A stretch of 20,000 nucleotides of DNA from an uncultured virus (IMG/VR IMGVR_UViG_3300027659_000029) (lineage: Duplodnaviria; Heunggongvirae; Uroviricota; Caudoviricetes): the IMG/VR virus record IMGVR_UViG_3300027659_000029, one strand, 5' to 3'. The notes below the pieces were generated by a model that saw only the letters and a list, made by a program, of their open reading frames with translations, made no database searches and was not told the DNA's origin. A program made the translations under genes and the position numbers. Position 1 is the first letter of the stretch. Every line of letters starts with the position of its first letter. Below are positions 9,546 through 17,486 of this stretch, in pieces.

Positions 9546-10182
9546 AGAAATACTCACCAATATTGAAGACTTAAAAAAAGAATCATACATCAAGTCTATT
9601 CTTTTAGAGTACAATTTATCTACTATTTTTTCTCCTATATATGCAACAAACAAAGAGGTGCAGAGATTTGGTGATGTCTGCACTTCTTTTATTATTTTAG
9701 CTTACTCAAATGGTTGTAAATGGCTTGATTATAGAAAGGATAGAAAGACTGTTAAAATGGAAGTAATGAAGTCTGTTCTACAATATACCAAAGTTCAAAT
9801 TGATGATAATTACCAAGTATTGATATCAAAAGTAATTGATGGTCAATTAGAGGAAGTTGAAATGGTTATATACGATTTTGTAAGATGGCAACGTAATGGA
9901 TTATTTGAAACATATGTGGCATTATCTACACAAATATCTCTTTGTAGAAGAGAAGCAAGTAGCACATTTGGAGTAAATGCAAAAACTTTAAATGATAGAG
10001 CAAAATTTCTTGAAAATTTAAGGGCATTAGAAAAAGATTTAAAAGATGTTGTCAATGAAATTGAAAGAGAATTTATATCACTTGACGAATCACTTAAACA
10101 AGAAAATAAAAAACAAGTATCGGCACAAACAGACTTTTATTCATGGGAAGATGTCGTTAAAGGATTAGACCAAACAAAATAA
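9532..10182 (+). CDS. Hypothetical helical protein, possible terminase small subunit
   Basis: 216 aa. The 'FSPIY...FIILAY...W...R' pattern and C-terminal coiled coil resemble the gene usually found beside TerL in crAss-like phages (recollection, unverified). The ORF is solid; the product call is tentative. Confidence 0.5.
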   Translation: MKIFEEILTNIEDLKKESYIKSILLEYNLSTIFSPIYATNKEVQRFGDVCTSFIILAYSNGCKWLDYRKDRKTVKMEVMKSVLQYTKVQIDDNYQVLISKVIDGQLEEVEMVIYDFVRWQRNGLFETYVALSTQISLCRREASSTFGVNAKTLNDRAKFLENLRALEKDLKDVVNEIEREFISLDESLKQENKKQVSAQTDFYSWEDVVKGLDQTK

Positions 10183-10183
10183 T

Positions 10184-12160
10184 TTACCAAAAACTTTTGT
10201 ATAATGCAGTTGCACCTAAATTACCAATAACTGTATTTTTTAAACTACTTGCCGCTAAAAAACATTGAATCATTGCAGCAATTAAATCATGTGAACGCAA
10301 CTTATCCCTTGTAAACGATTCTAATTGAGTTAATGTATTTGGGAATACAATTGTTTCAAGATAATCAATCTCTCCTTCTTGCGGTTTTTTTATATAGTTT
10401 GCAATCAACTCCATACCATCTCTAACTGGATTATTTTTTTCTGAATTTGAATGGACTCTTATGCCTTTACCGCCATCATAAGGGCTATCGTAAATCATTT
10501 TGTTATACCCTTTCTTTTTAAAATAGTTTACACCTACATTGCTTTCTGGACACATTAAAAAACCAAAATATTCGGATGCCATTGCAAATTGTTCGTGGTC
10601 ATCATCATTTACATTTTGTCTACCAAAATACTCACCTATTAATTCATTTTGAATTCCATTTTGAGAATAGTGGTCAAACTTTTTAAACAATAACATTGCT
10701 GCGTTAGATATATTCTGAGAAATGGTATCTTCTTTATCCATTCTTACAGGATCATATCCTCCAGCCCCCTCAGGTGTTCTTGGAAGAGAATATAAACCAT
10801 CGTATGAATACTTCACATTGTTTGGCATTTTAATATTAACCCCTTTTATGCTCCACCCAAAATCTTTGTATTCTTCCGATGTATTAAAATAGACTTTATT
10901 GGTGGTCATATCTCTCATAAATTTACCACACAAATACCCTCTTTCGGCTATAGGAGTTTGAAGAATTTTTTTCTTTCTTTTTGACACCCTCCCATCTCTA
11001 TTAAATGCAGAAAAATGTTGTGGCATTTCAAATATGTCATCGATAGTTCTTGGTAATGCTTTCAACTCGTCTATATGTTCTTTTGACCCTTCCCCAAATT
11101 CTTTTATTTTGGCTTGAACCTCTTGCTCATACTCAATTTCGGCTTTTTCTTTTTCCGCATATCCATATTTATTAATACCCATATAATCATAAATACCAAT
11201 AAAATATCTTAAAAATCCAGTTGCGGTTCTACCATTTTCTGATTTTTTTTCTGGATTACTACCATCCCACAAAGGTTGTGCTTTTGCTATTGCTCTTTTC
11301 ATTTTTGTGGTATCAGTCCCCATTGTTGAAAACAAACTAGCTTTACCAATTATCTTTCCTGAATGTATTTCCCTCATTGTTTTTAGTTGTGGTTCAATAA
11401 TACTCATTGGATCAACCCCTTCCCATTTTAAAAACTCATCAAATAATACTTTATTTAATTTATAGGCATCAAAGGCTGTTGCTATAGTAGCTTTTGTTTT
11501 AGCCCACCCCTTTAAACACTTTTCTATTTCATCTTTTTTGTTTGATGAAAGGCTTATTTCAGTTTGCAACAATTCACCACCACTTTTTGTTTTATATATT
11601 GGCCTTAATCGTTGGTGATACCTTGCCAATCCATCTTTCATTGGAGTAAGCATAGTATCCCTTGCTACTTCTTGTTTTGTGCTTATAAGTCCTATTTTCA
11701 TATACGATGCGGACTTCATTTTTCTTACAGCAAGGAATATTTCTTTTGCAGTAATACCACCACGTCTACCCTTAAACACAATTTTACCAAATGCTTTTTC
11801 ATCATTTTCTACCAAATCGTCAAAATAAAAATATTCCTTATCCATATGCCAAAACATAATGTCATATTCTACATTCCAAAATGTAAGGTATTCATAATGT
11901 GCGCCTGTTATGTAAATCGGTTCACTTTTTTCAATGATTGGATTGTAATTATAAAACCATACACCATTAATCATTCTACGATATTGAATTGACCAATACT
12001 CTTGTTCTTCTCTTGAACTTTTAAATTCATTCGGTACTATTGGTTTTCTCCAATATTGCTCTATTGGGTCTTGTATATCCCAATTAAGTATATCCATATT
12101 GTCATTTGGGACATTAGGTATCTGGTATTCATAAACATCTTGTAAAATGTAGGTCTGCAT
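10184..12160 (-). CDS. terL: Terminase large subunit
   Basis: 658 aa. Walker A-like KGRRGGIT, Walker B VLFDE, coupling motif FSTMG, and RNase H/RuvC-like nuclease motifs GGYDP, PESN and HDLIAA. Confidence 0.92.
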   Translation of the reverse strand: MQTYILQDVYEYQIPNVPNDNMDILNWDIQDPIEQYWRKPIVPNEFKSSREEQEYWSIQYRRMINGVWFYNYNPIIEKSEPIYITGAHYEYLTFWNVEYDIMFWHMDKEYFYFDDLVENDEKAFGKIVFKGRRGGITAKEIFLAVRKMKSASYMKIGLISTKQEVARDTMLTPMKDGLARYHQRLRPIYKTKSGGELLQTEISLSSNKKDEIEKCLKGWAKTKATIATAFDAYKLNKVLFDEFLKWEGVDPMSIIEPQLKTMREIHSGKIIGKASLFSTMGTDTTKMKRAIAKAQPLWDGSNPEKKSENGRTATGFLRYFIGIYDYMGINKYGYAEKEKAEIEYEQEVQAKIKEFGEGSKEHIDELKALPRTIDDIFEMPQHFSAFNRDGRVSKRKKKILQTPIAERGYLCGKFMRDMTTNKVYFNTSEEYKDFGWSIKGVNIKMPNNVKYSYDGLYSLPRTPEGAGGYDPVRMDKEDTISQNISNAAMLLFKKFDHYSQNGIQNELIGEYFGRQNVNDDDHEQFAMASEYFGFLMCPESNVGVNYFKKKGYNKMIYDSPYDGGKGIRVHSNSEKNNPVRDGMELIANYIKKPQEGEIDYLETIVFPNTLTQLESFTRDKLRSHDLIAAMIQCFLAASSLKNTVIGNLGATALYKSFW

Positions 12161-12168
12161 ATATTAAA

Positions 12169-12176
12169 CAAAGATA
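12169..12176 (-). promoter_or_regulatory. -7 element TAtcTTTG immediately upstream of terL
   Basis: caaagata on + strand, 8 nt before the terL ATG; -33 element not evident. Confidence 0.5.
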
Positions 12177-12180
12177 TTAC

Positions 12181-12213
12181 AAAAAAACAAAAAGCCACCA
12201 TTAAGGTGGCTTT
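12181..12213 (-). terminator. Intrinsic terminator
   Basis: AAAGCCACC-attaa-GGTGGCTTT forms a perfect 9-bp stem, followed on the minus strand by a long T-tract. Confidence 0.85.
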
Positions 12214-12235
12214 CTATTAAAATGTATTATGTATT

Positions 12236-12844
12236 TTAGTATGCCGATAATCGTCTACAAAGGTATCTAGCGGAAAGTGTCCATGTTTTTGATGTTGCAC
12301 CAGCAGTACCTAAAGCACTTGTTATAACTCGTATCATATAATACTTGTAGGGACTATATGCGTTAACTGTTGTAGCTGTTGATGCACCAACAGAAGCAGT
12401 AGTGGCTACGGATGCTGTGGCGTTAGGAAATTGCCAAACCCTTGTCCAACTTTTTAAAGTATTATGCCCTCCTGCTGTTGTAAATGGTATTGCTGTTGGA
12501 TAAACATTTGGAACTACTGTTGTCAATGTTGTGGTTGAATCGGCTGCGTTTGGATATGGGAAGTAATTAACCCCATCTAAAGAAGCATATAACCTTATTA
12601 CACCACTAATACTGTCAATAGAAGACCCAGTTGATGCAAGTGTAAGCGTTATGGTAACAGCCCCAGTTGATGGGATACTTGCTTTAAAGTAAGCCGTATC
12701 GACATATGACCCTGTGCCAGTAAACACATTTGCTGTTCCAGAACCATATGGAGTAAAAGCCCCTTCAATTGTTGTGTTTTGTGCTTGTGTGTTATTACAA
12801 GCCAAGAAAAGCACTGTGGCAAGTAAAAATAGTATTTTTTTCAT
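12236..12844 (-). CDS. Secreted protein / lipoprotein, Thr-rich, beta-sandwich-like
   Basis: Start at ATG 12844: MKKILFLLATVLFLA-C-NNTQAQ gives a signal peptide with lipobox FLAC or an SPI site TQA|Q. Contains an Asp-box-like 'YASLDGVNY'. Confidence 0.75.
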   Translation of the reverse strand: MKKILFLLATVLFLACNNTQAQNTTIEGAFTPYGSGTANVFTGTGSYVDTAYFKASIPSTGAVTITLTLASTGSSIDSISGVIRLYASLDGVNYFPYPNAADSTTTLTTVVPNVYPTAIPFTTAGGHNTLKSWTRVWQFPNATASVATTASVGASTATTVNAYSPYKYYMIRVITSALGTAGATSKTWTLSARYLCRRLSAY

Positions 12845-12879
12845 TTTTTTTATTTTTATGTTTTTTATATTTGTAGGTT

Positions 12880-12898
12880 CAAAAGTAAATTTACTTTT
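12880..12898 (-). promoter_or_regulatory. -7 element TActTTTG overlapped by a perfect 18-bp palindrome
   Basis: caaaagta at 12880-12887; AAAAGTAAATTTACTTTT at 12881-12898 is self-complementary. Confidence 0.6.
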
Positions 12899-12946
12899 AT
12901 AAATTAAAAATTTCATATTTAATTTATACAATATTTTATTGCAAAT

Positions 12947-13186
12947 CTACATTTTACCTTCCCTTATAAATCTTTTTATTGAATTTTTAGATACATCTTG
13001 AATTTCATAACCAAGTAGTGTCCCTGTAGAAATATCTTCAAGTTTCCAAAGTTTAGCATTTACGTTTTCAAGCAATTTTAAACTTTCTGTTATTGATTTT
13101 TCTTTTTCTGTAGAGTTAGTTTCTTCGGCATAACAAGCTCTGATTATTCTTTCTTTTTCGTATGTCAAAATTTTGGTAATAGCCAT
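12947..13186 (-). CDS. Hypothetical protein (79 aa)
   Basis: Start moved to ATG 13186 (MAITKIL), which avoids overlap with the plus-strand HTH gene and lies downstream of a -7 element. Confidence 0.65.
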   Translation of the reverse strand: MAITKILTYEKERIIRACYAEETNSTEKEKSITESLKLLENVNAKLWKLEDISTGTLLGYEIQDVSKNSIKRFIREGKM

Positions 13187-13193
13187 TTTATAG

Positions 13194-13224
13194 TATCTTT
13201 GTTTATTAATATTTAACAAAAGTA
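13194..13224. promoter_or_regulatory. Face-to-face overlapping promoters
   Basis: Plus TAtcTTTG at 13194-13201 and minus TActTTTG at 13217-13224, 15 nt apart, between divergent genes. Confidence 0.6.
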
Positions 13225-13562
13225 TGAGTTTAGAGCGAGATTTACAAATTATTGATGGCGTAAAGAAAAAAAGTTGTTTAACGGTGTCTGGGATAGAACG
13301 TAAATATAACATACCAAAAAATGTTTTACACAATACTCGCATAAATGGGGTATCTATCCCTGAAAAGCACAGAATAAAACTTTTAAATTATTTAATGGAA
13401 GAAGACATTAAACCAATTGATGATTGGAATAAACTTTCCGCAAAAAAAGTTTTAAAACACCAGTTTCCAAAATGGATAAAAAAATTAAAAGAATATTGTG
13501 TTTTAAAAAATATAACTATTCAAGAGTTAATTGATACTCATAGCCGTATTCCCCATGAATAA
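13224..13562 (+). CDS. Putative HTH transcriptional regulator
   Basis: 112 aa, basic. 'LTVSGIERKYNIPKNVLHN' is HTH-like, and there is a second helix-turn-like segment 'LKEYCVLKNITIQELI'. Confidence 0.6.
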   Translation: MSLERDLQIIDGVKKKSCLTVSGIERKYNIPKNVLHNTRINGVSIPEKHRIKLLNYLMEEDIKPIDDWNKLSAKKVLKHQFPKWIKKLKEYCVLKNITIQELIDTHSRIPHE

Positions 13563-13818
13563 ACTCATCAAATTTCATTTCAATAAACATTATATCTTTA
13601 ACAGCTATGCAATTTATATCATCAGCAAATTTTTCAAATGAATTTATAAGTTTTGGGTGTTCATTAAAAAATTGGTTATGTAGAAGGTAAGTATATAGCA
13701 TTTCTGTTATTTCAGTATATGTCAAATCCGCTTCAATTTTTTCTTCTGCGTGACACAAATAATGGCATAACTGAATAAATTTTTTTTTGTCAAATTTTTT
13801 GTGGTTGTTTTTTCCCAT
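13516..13818 (-). CDS. Hypothetical protein (100 aa)
   Basis: Tightly packed in the minus-strand operon, 2 nt after the upstream stop. Confidence 0.65.
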   Translation of the reverse strand: MGKNNHKKFDKKKFIQLCHYLCHAEEKIEADLTYTEITEMLYTYLLHNQFFNEHPKLINSFEKFADDINCIAVKDIMFIEMKFDEFIHGEYGYEYQLTLE

Positions 13819-13820
13819 TT

Positions 13821-14120
13821 TTAAATTGTTTTTATTGTTTCTATTAATTGTTCTTTTGTTCCGTGTGAAATAAGCCCTTCGTATTGAAATCCAAACATTT
13901 TAATTAATGTCACTATGTTTGGATTTTTTATAGCCATTACATTTAAAACAAGTGGTATTTTAAACCACTTGTTAGCATCGTCAGCTTTTATTTTGCCCAT
14001 TTTGCCTGTATGTAAATTTTCATATATATCATCTCCATGATACTGATAGATGTTTATATTTTGCTTATCAATTACCAATGTTGGTATATTGTTTTCTTCA
14101 ATTTTAGAAAGGCAAGTCAT
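13821..14120 (-). CDS. Hypothetical protein (99 aa)
   Basis: Overlaps the end of the SSB-like gene; operon packing. Confidence 0.65.
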   Translation of the reverse strand: MTCLSKIEENNIPTLVIDKQNINIYQYHGDDIYENLHTGKMGKIKADDANKWFKIPLVLNVMAIKNPNIVTLIKMFGFQYEGLISHGTKEQLIETIKTI

Positions 14121-14427
14121 CGGCTATATCTTTTAATTGTATTGGGGTTATTTCTTCTTGCTCACCTGCATTTAATTTAATAATCCAACCATTGCCAAGA
14201 TACCTTTTGTTGCCAAATTTCACTTTTTCTTCTTCTGATTTTTCTTTTGTTGATTTTATTTTTACAGAAACATCTTGACCATATTGGTCTTTTTCATCTT
14301 TATCCCATATTTCAAGGCTAACATATAACTTATCGTTATTTTTACCTTTTGTAATACCAGAATGGCCTTCTTTAATTAATTCTTTTAGGTCGGTAAGGCA
14401 AATCGACACGTTTCTTAATTTACTCAT
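14104..14427 (-). CDS. Putative single-stranded DNA-binding protein
   Basis: 107 aa with beta-rich core, 'DQYGQD' and 'YLGNG' motifs and acidic C-terminal tail DDLPF; lies next to the primase-helicase. Confidence 0.65.
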   Translation of the reverse strand: MSKLRNVSICLTDLKELIKEGHSGITKGKNNDKLYVSLEIWDKDEKDQYGQDVSVKIKSTKEKSEEEKVKFGNKRYLGNGWIIKLNAGEQEEITPIQLKDIADDLPF

Positions 14428-14477
14428 TGTTTTTTTTGTATTTAATAGTTAATAATAAATTTTTTATTGCAATTATT

Positions 14478-16490
14478 TTAAAATGGTGGTGAATCATCAG
14501 AGCTTGTAAGGTAATCTAAATTATCTTTATTTTCAAACATTTTATTTAATGTTTGTTGACCATATTGACTTCTTAATAATTTTTCTGCATCCGTTAATGG
14601 ATTTTGATCTTGGAAATAAAATCTATTATCTTCCCACTTAAATATCCCATCTCTAAAATCACCAAGAAGACCCCCACCAGTTGCTCTTTTTTTATTCTTG
14701 CCTACTATTAATTTAAACTGTGGCTGATTTACTTGCTCTTTATAAAAACAAAACATATTATCCATCTTATTAGCCCATAAAGCACCGCCATTCAAATCAT
14801 AATATGTTGGTATTGGTAATGGTTTATTTTTTTCTGCATTTGTAGGTTTATTGGGGTGGGCAACAATGTTATATGAAATCTGATAAGATAGGGCAAACCT
14901 TTTTATTTTTGCAAACACAACTGACAAGTATTGGTCATCTCTTTGGAAAACACTACCTGTTTTATCAAGTTGATTAAATGGATCAACTACTACCGCATTC
15001 ACTCCTTTTTTGAGTATTAAATATTTAAACTTTTCGTGTACACTATCTAAATCGTGTTCGTTTTCTGGGTACACAAAAAATATATTATCTTTAATAAAAT
15101 CAATACCTTTTTGATATTCATTTTCTGTCATTTTATATAAATCATTTTTTGGATGTATTTGCTTACCTATATATACTTCTATTAATGAATTATAAAAATC
15201 TGTACTTGGATAATTCTCTGGTGAAAATATAGCAAACTTCCACTTTTCTAAAAACACTTTACATACTATTAAAAAATTAAGGAAAGTTGTTTTGCCTTGA
15301 TTTGCATACCCATACCAACAATTAACTTCGCCTAATTTCCACACAAATAATTCATCTAATTCTGGCATTCCTGTTGTTGACCCCATTCTTGATTTAGTAT
15401 GGTAACTTGTCCATAAATCATCAATCATATCATCTACAAAATGTATACCATCAATGTGAACGCCTACTGAATTTTTTACAAGATTTATTACAGATTCTTT
15501 CCCATTTTTAATAAGCACCTCATTAAAGTCTTTACTGCCTGTTTTTGAATAATCTACATACTTACATCTTTCAGCACCAAATCTTAAAATAAGTGCATCT
15601 CTCATTTCTATACCTTTTGTATCTCCATCTGTGGCAATAACAATTTCATCAATACCAAAAAAGTAATCGGCACAATTATCTAAAAAATCTAAATTAATAC
15701 TTGCACCATTTGGAACAGAAACAACACCCCATCCTGATAAATAACTAAGCATATTCATTTCTTCAGTAAATACAATCTCATCATCTGAAATTGTTTTTAA
15801 ATCATCCGCACTATATCCAGTCTTTTTTTGCTTACGATTAAACTCATTTTCGTCAATCATTTCTTTTCTTCTCAAATCTATCTTTTCGGTTATTAAGTTA
15901 TCTAATTTTTCCTTATTGACTTTATTACCAAATCCACATTCATAAGCACTCATGCAATCAATTTGACCTTCTGTTATTATGCATTTTTTTACTCCATTAA
16001 GAGAATTAATATTGTAAAATATAAGTTCAGCATCTTTTTCAAGTCTAAAATCTTTATCTCTTGAACGATATTGCACATTAACCAAATCTAAATCTCTAAA
16101 ATATGGAAAAGCAATGCATTTTTTATTAATCCACTCCCCAGTTTCTTTACTTGGGAAACTTTGCACTTTTTCGTAAACCATAAAGTGAGATATGGTGCTA
16201 TCACTCAAACCCCTTTCGTTTAAATATTTTTTACTATCTGTAATTTTTGCATCTTTAAGATACTCTTCACGGCTTAACTTTTTATATTCTTTTTTAGGGG
16301 TGTATTCCTTAACGGATCCCTTCCACCCACAATGATGACAATTGTATTGACCAGTATCAATATTCACACTAAGGCAATAATCTCTTTTATTTTTCCTTTC
16401 AGAACTGCATTTTGGGCAAATTGTTTTAACAGATCCGCTACTTCTTTTCAAGTTAATACCCAAAAATTCTAATTTGTTTTTAAAACTCAT
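14478..16490 (-). CDS. Bifunctional DNA primase-helicase (T7 gp4/Twinkle-like)
   Basis: Zn finger CPKC...CHHC, TOPRIM ITEGQID / SVPNGA / ATDGD, KDFNE, SF4 helicase Walker A GYANQGKTT, Walker B VVVDP, and VAHP. Confidence 0.93.
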   Translation of the reverse strand: MSFKNKLEFLGINLKRSSGSVKTICPKCSSERKNKRDYCLSVNIDTGQYNCHHCGWKGSVKEYTPKKEYKKLSREEYLKDAKITDSKKYLNERGLSDSTISHFMVYEKVQSFPSKETGEWINKKCIAFPYFRDLDLVNVQYRSRDKDFRLEKDAELIFYNINSLNGVKKCIITEGQIDCMSAYECGFGNKVNKEKLDNLITEKIDLRRKEMIDENEFNRKQKKTGYSADDLKTISDDEIVFTEEMNMLSYLSGWGVVSVPNGASINLDFLDNCADYFFGIDEIVIATDGDTKGIEMRDALILRFGAERCKYVDYSKTGSKDFNEVLIKNGKESVINLVKNSVGVHIDGIHFVDDMIDDLWTSYHTKSRMGSTTGMPELDELFVWKLGEVNCWYGYANQGKTTFLNFLIVCKVFLEKWKFAIFSPENYPSTDFYNSLIEVYIGKQIHPKNDLYKMTENEYQKGIDFIKDNIFFVYPENEHDLDSVHEKFKYLILKKGVNAVVVDPFNQLDKTGSVFQRDDQYLSVVFAKIKRFALSYQISYNIVAHPNKPTNAEKNKPLPIPTYYDLNGGALWANKMDNMFCFYKEQVNQPQFKLIVGKNKKRATGGGLLGDFRDGIFKWEDNRFYFQDQNPLTDAEKLLRSQYGQQTLNKMFENKDNLDYLTSSDDSPPF

Positions 16491-17299
16491 TCGATTGTGT
16501 CTTTAAATAGTTTTTTAAATTTCTCATATAGAGCCTCAAATTTGGCAGATTCTTCTTTTTCGATATGGAAGTACTCTTTTTCATTTATATCGCAGTAAAG
16601 GGCAAGTAGTGACCACACAGAGGCATCCTTACCTGTTTCCTGACACCAATTTGTCAAATATCTTGAAAATTCCTTTGTTGTTACCCGAATTCCACCATAT
16701 TCGTTCAAAATATTACCCCCAGAAATTATGATGCTTGTGTACTTTTTTTCGTAAATATCTTTCCTGTGATGCCATAACATTTTTTTATCAATTCCGTCTG
16801 AATGATTTAAAATTCTCAGTTCTGATGTTGAGATGTTGCTTTGGGGAAAGTCCTCAAGACTTGACCCCAAAGTAACATTTTCTTTATTTTCTTTTTCTTT
16901 TACTTTACTTCTATTTACTTTAGGGGTGTTACAAACGCTTTCGTAATGCGTTACATTTTTTGTATCTTGTTGATTTTCACGCCATTGTCTAATTCTTTCA
17001 GCGTTTTTTTCTTTTTTTATTTGGTACTTTTCACTAAAGTTTAGTAATTGTTTGTTGAAAGTTTCTCCATTGTTTGATGAAATTAACCCAATTTGCTCCA
17101 TAAATTCCCAACATTTTTTTAGTTTTTTACCTACTTTTAATTGAGATTTCAAAACAGAACTTTTTATAGGCTTTTCTTGTTTTCCAATTTTTTCTAATAT
17201 TACATAAAACAATCCTACACCTTCGTAACCAAAGTGTAAAAATAACTCAGATACCTTTTCATCATCGAAGGCGGATGTATCGTGTAGGTAATACTTCAT
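16487..17299 (-). CDS. Replication initiator / replisome organizer (DUF4373/Lin1244-like N-terminus)
   Basis: N-terminus 'MKYYLHD..AFDDEKV..L...FGYEGVGLFYVILE', an R/K linker and low-complexity KVKEKENKE. Coupled to the primase-helicase by an ATGA overlap. Confidence 0.8.
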   Translation of the reverse strand: MKYYLHDTSAFDDEKVSELFLHFGYEGVGLFYVILEKIGKQEKPIKSSVLKSQLKVGKKLKKCWEFMEQIGLISSNNGETFNKQLLNFSEKYQIKKEKNAERIRQWRENQQDTKNVTHYESVCNTPKVNRSKVKEKENKENVTLGSSLEDFPQSNISTSELRILNHSDGIDKKMLWHHRKDIYEKKYTSIIISGGNILNEYGGIRVTTKEFSRYLTNWCQETGKDASVWSLLALYCDINEKEYFHIEKEESAKFEALYEKFKKLFKDTIE

Positions 17300-17311
17300 T
17301 TTATAAAATAA

Positions 17312-17441
17312 TTACCGAAGGGTAGTGGTGCAGACAAAAAAATGACTTATGAGAATCAAAGATTTGAACACTACCCTTCGGTAAGTTAATTTAAACTGTA
17401 AATAATTTATTGGAATTCATAATTTTATTAATTGTCTGCAC
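17312..17441 (-). ncRNA. Structured 5' leader RNA (two interleaved inverted repeats) of the initiator operon
   Basis: Perfect 16-bp IR 17312-17327/17369-17384 and perfect 10-bp IR 17328-17337/17432-17441. The second extends imperfectly in register to 17328-17358/17411-17441. Confidence 0.65.
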
Positions 17442-17443
17442 GT

Positions 17444-17474
17444 CAAAAGTAATACGTTGTATTTTATTCTGCAA
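17444..17474 (-). promoter_or_regulatory. Bacteroidota sigma70 promoter of the replication operon
   Basis: TTG at 17472-17474, 20-nt spacer, TActTTTG at 17444-17451. Confidence 0.75.
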
Positions 17475-17486
17475 GTATTTTATTAT

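Noticed and set aside
15729..15926. Intein in the primase
   Set aside because: No C/S N-terminal and HN-C/S/T C-terminal splice motifs, and too short for a mini-intein.
17312..17384. IS/MITE terminal inverted repeats or a simple terminator
   Set aside because: No transposase or target duplication is seen. The 41-nt loop is too long for a plain terminator and itself pairs with an upstream arm. A conditional attenuator role is not excluded.
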